Of a stretch of DNA of 64,000 nucleotides, positions 50,473 through 60,439 are shown one piece after another. The stretch's first letter is position 1. Each line of letters starts with the position of its first letter. The notes under the pieces were generated by a model. That model was not told the DNA's origin. It was given only the letters and a program-made list of their open reading frames with translations, and did no database searches. The DNA is from Gammaproteobacteria bacterium (lineage in GTDB: Bacteria; Pseudomonadota; Gammaproteobacteria; GCA-002705445; GCA-002716945), in NCBI GenBank assembly GCA_016779485.1, contig JADHNN010000006.1:2202-66201 (forward strand), given 5' to 3'. The position numbers were made by a program, and so were the translations under genes.

Positions 50473-51793
50473 AATTATTTACAAGATTTTTAAAATGATT
50501 GCCTCTTTCTTCAAAGTTTTGATAAAGAGAAAAACTTGATGTGCCAGGTGAAAAAAGAATAGTTGTTTTTCTTCTAAAGTCAGAAAATATATATGAGACA
50601 ACTTCCTCCAGGTTATTAAGAAATATTGTTTCAACATTAGGCAGAATTTCGTTGTATAAATCTTTTTTATTACGGCCAAATAGTATTAATAATTTGACTT
50701 TATCATTTATTATTTTTGATAGTAATGAGTAAGATATCTTTTTTTTATCACCTCCCATAATCAAAGTTACACTACTTGAAATTGATTCAAGCGCATTTAA
50801 TGTTGAGCTAGCATTAGTTGATTTTGAATCATTAATAAAATTAGTAGCTTTATATGTACAAAATTTTTCTAGTCTATGTGGTAATGCTAATCTTTGTGAA
50901 AAACCAATTAATGTATCATTTATTGAAAGTCCTATAATTTTCAAAATGGCAAGACATGCACACAGATTCATTACTTCATGTTTACCATTAACTTTAAATA
51001 TTCTTTTATTCAGCTTTACAGATTTATAATCCATAAATGAGATTTTTTTTAAAATTTTCCCATTAATAAGAAATTTGTTTTTATTGATATTGTATGTTTG
51101 GTATTTTTTTGATACTGCTATGTCTGAGTTAATGATACAGTTATCTGCATTATTAAATATCTGCAATTTTATATCTAAGTATTCTTTCAAGGAATCATGT
51201 CTATCTAAATGATCCTCAGAAATATTGAGAATTATAGAGATAAAAGAGTCAAGGTTCTTTATATACTCTAATTGATAACTTGAAAGCTCAATTATTATGT
51301 AACTGAAATCTTCTTCAAGTGCTTTAAATAAAGATACTCCATTGTTTCCGCAGGCAAGAGCTTTTTGATTATTATTATTTAAAATATCTGCAAGAAGATT
51401 TACTGTTGATGTTTTTCCATTAGTTCCTGTTACACAAATATATTTGGCTTTTAATTGACTTTGGAGAAGTTCAACATCTGTTATGAGTTCATAGCCAGCA
51501 TCAAGTAGTTTTTTCACATATTTGTTTTCTTTTTTAATTCCTGGACTTATAACTATATAGTTGATACTTCTAATATTAATTTTTCCATTTTTGGTGAGTA
51601 TGCTGTCATTATCAATATTTAAAATATCGTCTGTATTTATCGCTTGATACGTAATTGAGTTTTTATCAAAAAATATCTTACAGTTATTATAAGTTACTCC
51701 TTTGCCTAGTATAAGAAACGATAACTTAGATAAATTCATCTTATCTTCAATGTAGATAATGCAAGTAATACGAGTATAAATGTCACTATCCAA
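50453..51793 (-). CDS. murD: UDP-N-acetylmuramoylalanine--D-glutamate ligase
   Basis: P-loop GTNGKTST in the position between mraY and ftsW. Confidence 0.9.
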   Translation of the reverse strand: MDSDIYTRITCIIYIEDKMNLSKLSFLILGKGVTYNNCKIFFDKNSITYQAINTDDILNIDNDSILTKNGKINIRSINYIVISPGIKKENKYVKKLLDAGYELITDVELLQSQLKAKYICVTGTNGKTSTVNLLADILNNNNQKALACGNNGVSLFKALEEDFSYIIIELSSYQLEYIKNLDSFISIILNISEDHLDRHDSLKEYLDIKLQIFNNADNCIINSDIAVSKKYQTYNINKNKFLINGKILKKISFMDYKSVKLNKRIFKVNGKHEVMNLCACLAILKIIGLSINDTLIGFSQRLALPHRLEKFCTYKATNFINDSKSTNASSTLNALESISSSVTLIMGGDKKKISYSLLSKIINDKVKLLILFGRNKKDLYNEILPNVETIFLNNLEEVVSYIFSDFRRKTTILFSPGTSSFSLYQNFEERGNHFKNLVNNYVNKKV

Positions 51794-52821
51794 AATCTCA
51801 TAATGATTTTAGGCTCAGATAGTCCTGAAAGTTCATAATGATGATGTAATGGTGCCATTTTAAATATTCTTTTTCCATTTCTGAATTTAAATGAGAGAAC
51901 TTGCAAAATGACAGACATGACTTCAGCAATAAATATCCCGCTCATTATAGCAAATGTAAGTTCTTGTTTTAGGATTATTGCTAATAAACCCAAAGAACTA
52001 CCAAGAGACAATGATCCACAATCACCCATAAATATTTCTGCTGGATAAGAATTAAACCATAGGAATCCTAACCCTGCACCTACTAAAGAGGCTGCAAAGA
52101 TTGCAATTTCACCTGAACCTTCAATATACGGAATAAGTAAATACTCAGAAATAATCATATTTCCATGCGCATATGCAAAAATAACAAATGATGATGCAAT
52201 TAAAATACATGGCAATATAGCAAGACCATCTAGGCCATCTGTTAAGTTAACTGCATTTGACGAGCCTACTAATATAAAAATTGCCCATGGGATGAAAAGT
52301 ATTCCTAAGTAAAAACTATTATCTTTCATAAATGGAACAACGGACTCTATTGAGCCCGTTTCCATATATGTATATAAAAATATTGTTATTAATGATGCTA
52401 TGGCTATTTGAAAAAAAAGTTTTGATCTACCTTTAATCCCATCACTATTTTTTTTTATTAATTTTTTATAATCATCATAGAATCCTATTAGGCCAAAACC
52501 AAATATTCCAAATAGCAATATCAATGTGTAATTGTTATTTAAATCTGACCATAATAATGTTGAAATGACTACAGAAAATATAATAATTACACCGCCCATT
52601 GTTGGAGTAGAATTTTTATCATCTAAATGTCTTTTTGGCCCATCTTCTCTTATAGATTGATAAAATTGTTTATCTCTGAGAAATGAAATAATAGCTGGAC
52701 CTAAGAGAAGTGAAATTACCAGTGCAGTAAGAGCTCCCATAACTATTCTAGTAGTCAAATATAAAAATGCATTAAACCCAGTATTATATTGAGTAAGATA
52801 TTCAAATAAGGTTAATAACAT
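51736..52821 (-). CDS. mraY: Phospho-N-acetylmuramoyl-pentapeptide transferase
   Basis: 361 aa, polytopic, with NAVNLTDGLDGLA and HHHYEL motifs. Confidence 0.93.
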   Translation of the reverse strand: MLLTLFEYLTQYNTGFNAFLYLTTRIVMGALTALVISLLLGPAIISFLRDKQFYQSIREDGPKRHLDDKNSTPTMGGVIIIFSVVISTLLWSDLNNNYTLILLFGIFGFGLIGFYDDYKKLIKKNSDGIKGRSKLFFQIAIASLITIFLYTYMETGSIESVVPFMKDNSFYLGILFIPWAIFILVGSSNAVNLTDGLDGLAILPCILIASSFVIFAYAHGNMIISEYLLIPYIEGSGEIAIFAASLVGAGLGFLWFNSYPAEIFMGDCGSLSLGSSLGLLAIILKQELTFAIMSGIFIAEVMSVILQVLSFKFRNGKRIFKMAPLHHHYELSGLSEPKIIMRFWIVTFILVLLALSTLKIR

Positions 52822-52823
52822 AG

Positions 52824-54155
52824 TTAACTGAGTTCCCGCACTATAGTATCAAAGTTCATGAAACGAGATGCTTTGATTAAAATAGAAGATTGACTATTTG
52901 AGATACTTTTTATTTGTCTAATTAATTCGTTCATATCTTTTGAAGTATAACAATTCTTGCCATATATTAATTTAGCATCTTGCATGTATTTTCCCATATA
53001 GAATAAATATTTAATTCCCAATTTTTTTGATAATTCAAATATCATTACATGACTTTCATGTGATCTTGCTCCTAATTCACCCATGTCACCCATTACAAAT
53101 AACTTTTCACGATTAGTTTGTGAAAATTGATTTAAAGCAGCTTTCATAGATTCTGGGTTTGCATTATAGGAATCATCAATAACTATTGATTTATTTTTTG
53201 CGATAAATTTATAGAATCTTCCTTTTACTCCTAAAAATGATTCAAACCCTTTTATTACGTCATCTTTACTTGCTTCGGATTCCATAGATATTGCAACACT
53301 GAACAAAATATTTATAGGTAATATATTTTCAATATTGTTTTTACTTACTTCAAAAGTATTTCCATAAACAGATATTTTGTAACTATGATTAGAGTATGGT
53401 TTAAGTACATAGTCTGCATCACCTTTTAGAGAAATAGTTACTATTTCTTTATTAGAATTAATGTATCTCCATTGTCGATAGTGCTTATCATTAATATTCA
53501 AGATTACTTTTTTTGTATTTGAATGTGAATAAATCTCTTCTTTAGTTTTAATCAAGTTCTCCATATTCATAAATGACTCCATATGGGCTTCAGAAACATT
53601 TAATAAAGCAGTTAAATTAGGTTCTGATATTGATGTTAAATATTTAATGTCTCCTAACTTACTAGCTCCATGCTCATATATACATTTGTTAGTATCTTTT
53701 GAAGCATTTAAAATTGATAAAGGTAGGCCTATCTCATTGTTAAAATTTCCAATTGTAGTACTTGTTTTAAAAGATACTTTTAATATGGAATCACATAATT
53801 TTGTGACTGTTGTTTTACCGTTAGTACCAGTAATACCAATAGTATAAGGAGAACCAATCTTATTTTTATAATTTCGAGCTATTATGCCTAGCGCAGTAAT
53901 AGTATTATCAACACTGATTGTTGGAACCCTATTATCATTGATGATATAAGATTTATTATAAATTATAGACTTTGCACCATTATCTATTGCATCTGATATG
54001 AACCTGTGACCATCATATGTATGACCTGGTATTGCTATAAATAAATCACCTTCTGTAACTTCTCTGCTATCAATAGATACCTTATTAATTGGTAAATCAA
54101 GACCACTAATTGTACTGGATAGATAGCTTGCAATATCTGAGATTTTAAGATTCAT
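52824..54155 (-). CDS. murF: UDP-MurNAc-tripeptide--D-alanyl-D-alanine ligase
   Basis: Mur ligase P-loop GITGTNGKTT in a 443-aa protein. Confidence 0.9.
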   Translation of the reverse strand: MNLKISDIASYLSSTISGLDLPINKVSIDSREVTEGDLFIAIPGHTYDGHRFISDAIDNGAKSIIYNKSYIINDNRVPTISVDNTITALGIIARNYKNKIGSPYTIGITGTNGKTTVTKLCDSILKVSFKTSTTIGNFNNEIGLPLSILNASKDTNKCIYEHGASKLGDIKYLTSISEPNLTALLNVSEAHMESFMNMENLIKTKEEIYSHSNTKKVILNINDKHYRQWRYINSNKEIVTISLKGDADYVLKPYSNHSYKISVYGNTFEVSKNNIENILPINILFSVAISMESEASKDDVIKGFESFLGVKGRFYKFIAKNKSIVIDDSYNANPESMKAALNQFSQTNREKLFVMGDMGELGARSHESHVMIFELSKKLGIKYLFYMGKYMQDAKLIYGKNCYTSKDMNELIRQIKSISNSQSSILIKASRFMNFDTIVRELS

Positions 54156-55599
54156 CTTTGTTAATTAATAAATTTAGATAATTAATATCATTATGTCTTA
54201 TTTTTTTGTTTTTCTTCAATATATAATCTTCGTTACCTTTGCCTAATATGAAATTTAAACTATCTTTTTTTGAATTTTTAAATAAATATTTAATTGCTTT
54301 TTTACGTGACTCGATAACTATATATTTTTTTTTATCACCAAAACCCGATTTAATATCATAAAGTATGGAAAGAAAATTCTCATTCCTTGAATTATCCTCA
54401 GTAATGATTGAAAAAGATGATTTGCTATCAACTGTTTTTGCGATAATTTTTCTTTTAGACTTATCTCTGTCACCACCACATCCAAATAGTGTTGTGATAT
54501 TAGAATTTGAATTAAAATTCATGAATATGTCGTGAAACGACTGAATTGTGTGAGCATAATCAATTACAAATTTTCCTCTTTTTTTTGTACTGATAACTTG
54601 TCTTCTTCCGGGTAAGGGATTTAAAGTGTTTATTACTTTTTTAATAGTATTATTCTTGTAATTTTCTAAATATAAAAACGCGCAAATAAAGAGTAATGAA
54701 TAAATATTGAAGTTAAGAATATTATATTCAGTAAGTTTGATATTTTTATTACCTATACATATATTCTTTTTTTGATCATTATAAGTTATCAGGCAGTTTT
54801 TTTTATTTCTAACATCATTTGAAATGAAAACATATTTTATTTTATCTTTGGTAGTTAGTTCTTTCATTAATGTATCTGAATCGTTATTGAGGATGATACA
54901 TTTAGATTGTTGTATTATAGATAACTTCGCTCTTGCATAACTTTTAATATTCTTATGATAATCTAAATGATCACTATAAATATTTGTTATGAATGAATAA
55001 TCAAAACATATTCCTTTAAGTCTTCCCTGATGTAATCCTTGAGAGGAGCTTTCAATAATTACATAATCATATTTTTTTGCTATAAATTTCGAGTAATTTT
55101 TGTAGATAATATCAATTGGCGGAGTTGTATAATCATTTTTTTCTAATAATGGATAAAGGCCAATTCCTTCGCTTGATATAACTCCTACTTTTTTGTTTAA
55201 ACTTATTAACGATTGAGCTAATAATAGAATTGTTGATGTTTTACCATTAGTTCCGGTTACGCCAATAGTTTTAGTTTTTGAATCTAATATCCTAAGATTA
55301 CTTTGATATAGCTTATAAATATATTCTCTTAGATTTTTTTGTACAAAAAAAGGAATAGAACTATTTATTTTTGTTCTAGTAAATTGAAAAGTAGATACAA
55401 ATGCACATGCGCCATTTTTAATTGCATGTTTAATATTTATAAGATTCTTATGCTGATTTTTGTCTAATGAAAGAAAAACTTGTCCCGGTCTTACTTCCCT
55501 TGAGTCAAGGGAGAATTTATCATAAAGATTTTTAGAATTATATCCATTTAACGTAATAAACCTCTTTAAAAGGTCTAGACTAGTTAGTACTTGTGACAT
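54145..55599 (-). CDS. murE: UDP-MurNAc-L-Ala-D-Glu--2,6-diaminopimelate ligase
   Basis: P-loop GVTGTNGKTST in a 484-aa protein. Confidence 0.9.
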   Translation of the reverse strand: MSQVLTSLDLLKRFITLNGYNSKNLYDKFSLDSREVRPGQVFLSLDKNQHKNLINIKHAIKNGACAFVSTFQFTRTKINSSIPFFVQKNLREYIYKLYQSNLRILDSKTKTIGVTGTNGKTSTILLLAQSLISLNKKVGVISSEGIGLYPLLEKNDYTTPPIDIIYKNYSKFIAKKYDYVIIESSSQGLHQGRLKGICFDYSFITNIYSDHLDYHKNIKSYARAKLSIIQQSKCIILNNDSDTLMKELTTKDKIKYVFISNDVRNKKNCLITYNDQKKNICIGNKNIKLTEYNILNFNIYSLLFICAFLYLENYKNNTIKKVINTLNPLPGRRQVISTKKRGKFVIDYAHTIQSFHDIFMNFNSNSNITTLFGCGGDRDKSKRKIIAKTVDSKSSFSIITEDNSRNENFLSILYDIKSGFGDKKKYIVIESRKKAIKYLFKNSKKDSLNFILGKGNEDYILKKNKKIRHNDINYLNLLINKDES

Positions 55600-57244
55600 A
55601 GTTTTGATCGCTTAATATTCTCATAGAGTGCTGCATGAAGTCACTAAAAATTGGAGCTGCATGTATACCTCCAGACCCTTCTCTATTTTTAGGATCTCTC
55701 ACAATTACTGCTGCTACATACTTTGGTTCCGGATCACCTAATATTCCAACAAAAATAGCATTATGTTTATTTTTTGCATAGTTTCCATTAACCAGCTGTC
55801 TCACAGTACCTGTTTTGCCATAAACTGTATAACCTTGCACAGCAGCTCTTCTTCCTGTGCCATCTTTTGAATGAACAACCTCTTTCATCATAGTAAGCAC
55901 TTGTTTAGCTTTATCATGATCAAGAATACTTTCTTTGTTATTACCATTATTAGAATTTTTTAAATAATTTATATCCACTCTTTTTCCATAATTTGCCAAA
56001 GTTGTGTATGCGCTTGCAAGGTGCATTAAAGACATAGATAAGCCATAGCCATATCCGAGACTCATATGTCCGGATTCAGATAATTCAGATACAACGGGTA
56101 AACTACCAGTTTTTGAACCAGGTAAATTTATAAACAATGATTGTCCAAAACCAAAATTACTTAGTCCATCTAAAAGTTGTTTTTTTGATAGTTTGCTAGA
56201 GATTTTTGCTGCTCCAATATTACTTGATAAACGTATAATGTCCATCGGAGTAACTGAACCTAAATATTTCCAGTCTTTAATTTCCTTATTTTCAAGTTTT
56301 ATAACACCAGGAGCAGTATCAATTACTGTAGATTTATTAATAATGTTTTGATCTAAAGCAGTATAAATTATGAGAGGTTTAATTGTGGAGCCTGGCTCTA
56401 TTAAATCATATACCGCTCTATTTTTAATATTTTTACCTTTGAATTGGCTTCTTTTCTCAGGATTAAAAGAAGGATAATTAGCCATAGATAATATATCTCC
56501 TGTATCAGATTCAATTAAAATAATTGATCCACTTTCAGCTTTAAATTTATTTATATATTTTCTAAGAATTTCATAACCAATAATTTGTACCCTTTTATCA
56601 ATCGTTAATAAAATATCTTCTCCAGACTTAGATTTTTTTATTATTTTTATTGTTTCAATTGGCCTGCCAATATTATCTTGTTTTACTTTCTTTAGACCGC
56701 TAACAGGAGATAGAATTTTATTTTTTATTAACTCTATGCCTTCTTGTCCTCTATCATCTATATCTGTAAATCCTATGATATTTGAAAATGATTCACCTCC
56801 TAGATATGACCTTTTATTTTCATTTATGAAGTATATGTATGGATTTTTTAGTTGTTTAATTTTTATATACAGTTCTGTAGGAACATGTCTTTTGATATAT
56901 AGTTCTTTTTTATTTTTATTTTTTAATATAGCTGATTTTAATTTATTTCTAGATATATTTAGTTCGTTAGCAAGGATAGATATAGATTTATCAGAACTTC
57001 TATATAACTTACTTGGGTTTATACAAAGTGTTTTTGTCGGTAATGACATGGCTAAAGTATTATAGTTTCTGTCATATATACTGCCTCTCTGCGCTGCTAT
57101 CTTTATTGAAAGTATTTGTCTTTTTTTTGCCTCATTTAATATATTATCTTTACATGTTTGTTTATTGAAATAGAAACAGTCTGTCGCTTCAATTTGAATA
57201 AAATAAAGTCTAATCAGAATAATGAAAAAAACAAAAAAGGCCAC
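55580..57244 (-). CDS. ftsI: Peptidoglycan D,D-transpeptidase FtsI (PBP3)
   Basis: GTG start, N-terminal TM helix, and the SxxK (STIK), SxN (SSN) and KTG (KTGT) active-site motifs. Confidence 0.92.
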   Translation of the reverse strand: MAFFVFFIILIRLYFIQIEATDCFYFNKQTCKDNILNEAKKRQILSIKIAAQRGSIYDRNYNTLAMSLPTKTLCINPSKLYRSSDKSISILANELNISRNKLKSAILKNKNKKELYIKRHVPTELYIKIKQLKNPYIYFINENKRSYLGGESFSNIIGFTDIDDRGQEGIELIKNKILSPVSGLKKVKQDNIGRPIETIKIIKKSKSGEDILLTIDKRVQIIGYEILRKYINKFKAESGSIILIESDTGDILSMANYPSFNPEKRSQFKGKNIKNRAVYDLIEPGSTIKPLIIYTALDQNIINKSTVIDTAPGVIKLENKEIKDWKYLGSVTPMDIIRLSSNIGAAKISSKLSKKQLLDGLSNFGFGQSLFINLPGSKTGSLPVVSELSESGHMSLGYGYGLSMSLMHLASAYTTLANYGKRVDINYLKNSNNGNNKESILDHDKAKQVLTMMKEVVHSKDGTGRRAAVQGYTVYGKTGTVRQLVNGNYAKNKHNAIFVGILGDPEPKYVAAVIVRDPKNREGSGGIHAAPIFSDFMQHSMRILSDQNYVTSTN

Positions 57245-57290
57245 TGCTATAAATAGCAGCAGCCTTAGCTTTTCATTTCTTTGAGTATTA

Positions 57291-58430
57291 TTAATCAGCT
57301 TGCTGTCTTAAGAAAGCTGGAATATCAATTGACGTTTGTTCTTCAGGTTGAATACTATTAACCTGTTGAGCTACGTCTACGTTATGCACAAGATTGTTGT
57401 TTGCTGTTTGTCCTAAGTTAACATTATTGTTTTGCTCAGTAGAAGTTTCAAGATTAGCCTCTTGTGTAACATTTCTTTGTGCAAAGCCGGTTGCAATTAT
57501 CGTTACACGTAAGTCGCCAATATTATCATCTTCTTTTATACAGCCAGTAATTATTTTTGCATCTTCATTTGCTATCTCTCGGATTTTACTGCCAATAATC
57601 TCAAATTCATCAGTAGTTAAATCTGAACCAGATGTGATATTAACTAAAACACCACTTGCTCCTTGTAGATCAAAATTATCTAATAATGGACTACTCAATG
57701 CTGTTGTAACCGCATCTATAGCTCTATTCTCACCTGAAGATACACCTGAACCCATCATTGCCTTGCCCATTCCTGACATAACTGTCTTTACATCAGCGAA
57801 ATCTACATTCATAAAACCTCTAATAGTTATTATTTCAGTGATACCTTTTACAGCACCTCTAAGCACATCATTAGCATTTTCAAAAGATGAAAAAATTGAT
57901 TCGCTGCCGCCATACACTTCTTTCAATTTTGAATTTGGAATAACAATTAACGAATCAACCCACTGTTCGAGATTATTAATACCTTCTTGAGCATTTGACA
58001 TTCTTTCTGGGCCCTCAAAATCAAAAGGTTTTGTCACAACTGCTACAGTAAGAATGCCTAGATCTCTTGCAATTTGAGCTATTACAGGTGCCGCACCTGT
58101 CCCTGTTCCACCTCCCATACCTGCAGCTATAAATAACATATCAGCTCCTTCGATAGACTCTTTTAATGTCTCGCTAGCTTCTAACGCAGCTTGCTTACCT
58201 TTTTCTGGATCTGCCCCTGCTCCCAAGCCTTTAGTGATTTCAGAACCAATTTGTACTGTTGTAGCTCCATTTACATCTCTTAAAGCCTGAACATCAGTAT
58301 TAGCAATTATAAAGTCTGCTCCATGAATTTGAGACTTTAGCATTGATATTATAGCGTTTCCGCCACCACCTCCAACACCAATAACTTTGATAACCGCATT
58401 CTGATTATAATTATTTACTATTTCAAACAT
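57291..58430 (-). CDS. ftsZ: Cell division GTPase FtsZ
   Basis: Tubulin signature GGGTGTG, the N-terminal VIGVGGGGGNA motif, and the conserved C-terminal peptide DIPAFLRQQAD. A strong SD (TAGGAGG) sits 7 nt upstream and overlaps the ftsL stop codon. Confidence 0.95.
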   Translation of the reverse strand: MFEIVNNYNQNAVIKVIGVGGGGGNAIISMLKSQIHGADFIIANTDVQALRDVNGATTVQIGSEITKGLGAGADPEKGKQAALEASETLKESIEGADMLFIAAGMGGGTGTGAAPVIAQIARDLGILTVAVVTKPFDFEGPERMSNAQEGINNLEQWVDSLIVIPNSKLKEVYGGSESIFSSFENANDVLRGAVKGITEIITIRGFMNVDFADVKTVMSGMGKAMMGSGVSSGENRAIDAVTTALSSPLLDNFDLQGASGVLVNITSGSDLTTDEFEIIGSKIREIANEDAKIITGCIKEDDNIGDLRVTIIATGFAQRNVTQEANLETSTEQNNNVNLGQTANNNLVHNVDVAQQVNSIQPEEQTSIDIPAFLRQQAD

Positions 58431-58440
58431 GGTGTTCCTC

Positions 58441-58710
58441 CTAATGTTTTAAGTTCATGATTAAAATTCTTTCTTTTGATGGTAACTGCATATCTAATAC
58501 TTCACCTAGGCTACTTTTCTGGAGTTTACTATCAGTAAGTTTTGTCTTTTCTTTTAATAGCTCTCTGTATAGCTCAGATGTTTCAAATAAAATCTTTTCA
58601 TTTTTTGATATTTCAATGTTAAGAGCTCTATTTTGATACTTTATAAAAATCACTCCAAAAGCTGAAGTAGTAATTAGAAGAATCAATATCAATGTTGAAA
58701 CTATGTTCAT
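58441..58710 (-). CDS. ftsL: Cell division protein FtsL
   Basis: 89 aa with a single TM helix and a coiled coil. It overlaps the rsmH stop with the sequence ATGA. Confidence 0.75.
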   Translation of the reverse strand: MNIVSTLILILLITTSAFGVIFIKYQNRALNIEISKNEKILFETSELYRELLKEKTKLTDSKLQKSSLGEVLDMQLPSKERILIMNLKH

Positions 58711-59639
58711 GACTGTTTTTCCAATACATTAATTTTTGCAGATCTTGATCTTGGATTTTGTTTCACTTCAAATTCTGATGGCTTTATTTTTTTTATTAAA
58801 TTGAACATTTTTTTCATAAATTCTGGCTTTATAGGCATTTTCCTTGGTGCAGAAAGGTACTTGTCTGTGAAAACTAAGAAATCTTTTATAGCTCTCTCTT
58901 CAAGAGAATGGTATGTAATAAGAACCAATCTTCCATTAGGAGCAAGCACATCATATGATTTTTCTAAAACTTCCTTAAGAACGTCTAGCTCTTTATTAAT
59001 AAAAATTCGCAATGCTTGAAAAGATCTTGTTGCATTATGTTTATGCTTATCATTTACTAACACCGATTTATTTATTATATCTACAAGCTCTAATGTATTT
59101 TTTAGCTTTTTAGTTTCTCTAAATTTCATAATATTTTTAGCTATTCTTTTCGAGAATTTTTCTTGTCCGTACACTCTCAATATTTTTTCGATTTCTTCCT
59201 CTGGCAATTCATTAAGATACTCAGCAGCAGTTTTACCAGAAGTTCTATTAAATCGCATATCTAATGGAGCGTCTTTGTTAAAGCTAAATCCTCGATTTGC
59301 ATCATCCAGATGAACAGATGAAACACCCAAATCAAACAAGATTCCATTTACTGATCCAAATATATTCCAGCTTTTTGCATAATCTTGTATAGAAGAGAAA
59401 CATCCATGTTTTAGGGTAAATCTCTTCTCATCTACAAATTCTTTATTATTAAAATCTATTGCATCTAAATCTTTATCAATTCCAAATATTTTTGAATTTT
59501 CTGTTGTCGCATCTAAAATTGCTTTTGTATGCCCTCCATAACCCAAGGTTGCATCAATATAGATTCCATTTTTATCAGTAACTAGTTGGTGTATTGAGTC
59601 ACTTTTTAATACTGGAACGTGGAAATTTGTATTATCCAT
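58707..59639 (-). CDS. rsmH: 16S rRNA (cytosine1402-N4)-methyltransferase RsmH (MraW). The likely start is the Met at 59637-59639; the track ORF begins at 59672.
   Basis: The conserved N-terminus HVPVL...GIYIDATLGYGGHT begins at MDNTNF. The 11 residues upstream have no RsmH counterpart. Confidence 0.9.
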   Translation of the reverse strand: MDNTNFHVPVLKSDSIHQLVTDKNGIYIDATLGYGGHTKAILDATTENSKIFGIDKDLDAIDFNNKEFVDEKRFTLKHGCFSSIQDYAKSWNIFGSVNGILFDLGVSSVHLDDANRGFSFNKDAPLDMRFNRTSGKTAAEYLNELPEEEIEKILRVYGQEKFSKRIAKNIMKFRETKKLKNTLELVDIINKSVLVNDKHKHNATRSFQALRIFINKELDVLKEVLEKSYDVLAPNGRLVLITYHSLEERAIKDFLVFTDKYLSAPRKMPIKPEFMKKMFNLIKKIKPSEFEVKQNPRSRSAKINVLEKQS

Positions 59640-59826
59640 TATTCTTATACTCCATGATTTCCTCATAGGCATTTTTAATCTTGTAAAAAAGCTCTGTATA
59701 TTCAGAGTTGTTATGGTTTTTATCTGGGTGATATTTAGATGCTAACCTTTTAAAAGCTATTTTGATAGTCTCAGTATCCTCATTTGCGTTGACACCTAAA
59801 ACCTTATAGTGATTATTACTTATCAT
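59632..59826 (-). CDS. Stand-alone J-domain protein, 64 aa
   Basis: Complete DnaJ J-domain with HPD (YKVLGVNANEDTETIKIAFKRLASKYHPDKN...YKIKNAYEEI). Its ATG overlaps the mraZ TGA (ATGA), and its TAA overlaps rsmH codons 2-3 (ATGGATAA). Confidence 0.65.
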   Translation of the reverse strand: MISNNHYKVLGVNANEDTETIKIAFKRLASKYHPDKNHNNSEYTELFYKIKNAYEEIMEYKNNG

Positions 59827-60284
59827 ATACTTATGTCACTTAATGCTTGTGCATCATCATTAGAAGTAACCTCTTCTCTCCATTTATCAACATTCTGATT
59901 CCATGAATGTTGATCCCAAATCTCAAATTTATCGCCTTGTCCTATCAGAATTATCTTCTTACTTAATGTTGCATATTCTCTTAAAGGTTTAGAAATTAGT
60001 ATTCTTCCATTTGAATCAACATCTATATCTTCAGCATGGCCAATTAAGAGTCTTTGAATTCGTCTTGCATTTTTATTAAAAGAAGGTAACTGATTGATTT
60101 TAACTTGTATTTTCGACCATGTTTCTGATGGGTATAATAGTAGACATTTTTCTTCTGTATCAATAGTTATGACCATAGATCCCTTAAGAAGGCCAATAAC
60201 ATGGTCTCTATAGGTTACTGGGATGCCTAATCTACCTTTTGAATCAAGGTTGAGATTATGTATACCTTTGAAAAGACTATCCAT
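59823..60284 (-). CDS. mraZ: Transcriptional regulator MraZ
   Basis: 153 aa with two MraZ repeats, each containing a DxxGR motif (LDSKGRLGIP; DSNGRILI). Confidence 0.9.
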   Translation of the reverse strand: MDSLFKGIHNLNLDSKGRLGIPVTYRDHVIGLLKGSMVITIDTEEKCLLLYPSETWSKIQVKINQLPSFNKNARRIQRLLIGHAEDIDVDSNGRILISKPLREYATLSKKIILIGQGDKFEIWDQHSWNQNVDKWREEVTSNDDAQALSDISI

Positions 60285-60439
60285 TATTCTCCACTATTTA
60301 ACAAATAATACCATTTATCAACACTATATGCCTTATTTTTGAAATATGCAAGTATATATAGCCTTAAAGTAATGATTTATTGAAAATAATCTTGAAAATA
60401 AAATTATATAAAAAACAATAGTTTATAAATTTATTTTAG

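Noticed and set aside
57394-57990. 198-aa plus-strand ORF antisense to ftsZ. Similar antisense ORFs appear inside leuA, ilvI, secA, argJ, aspS, the RND pump and ftsA (for example 38493-38930, 30645-31427, 9604-9978).
   Set aside because: They are embedded antisense to highly conserved genes, and their compositions are Ser/Ile/Leu-rich as expected from AT-rich antisense frames. Nothing supports them.
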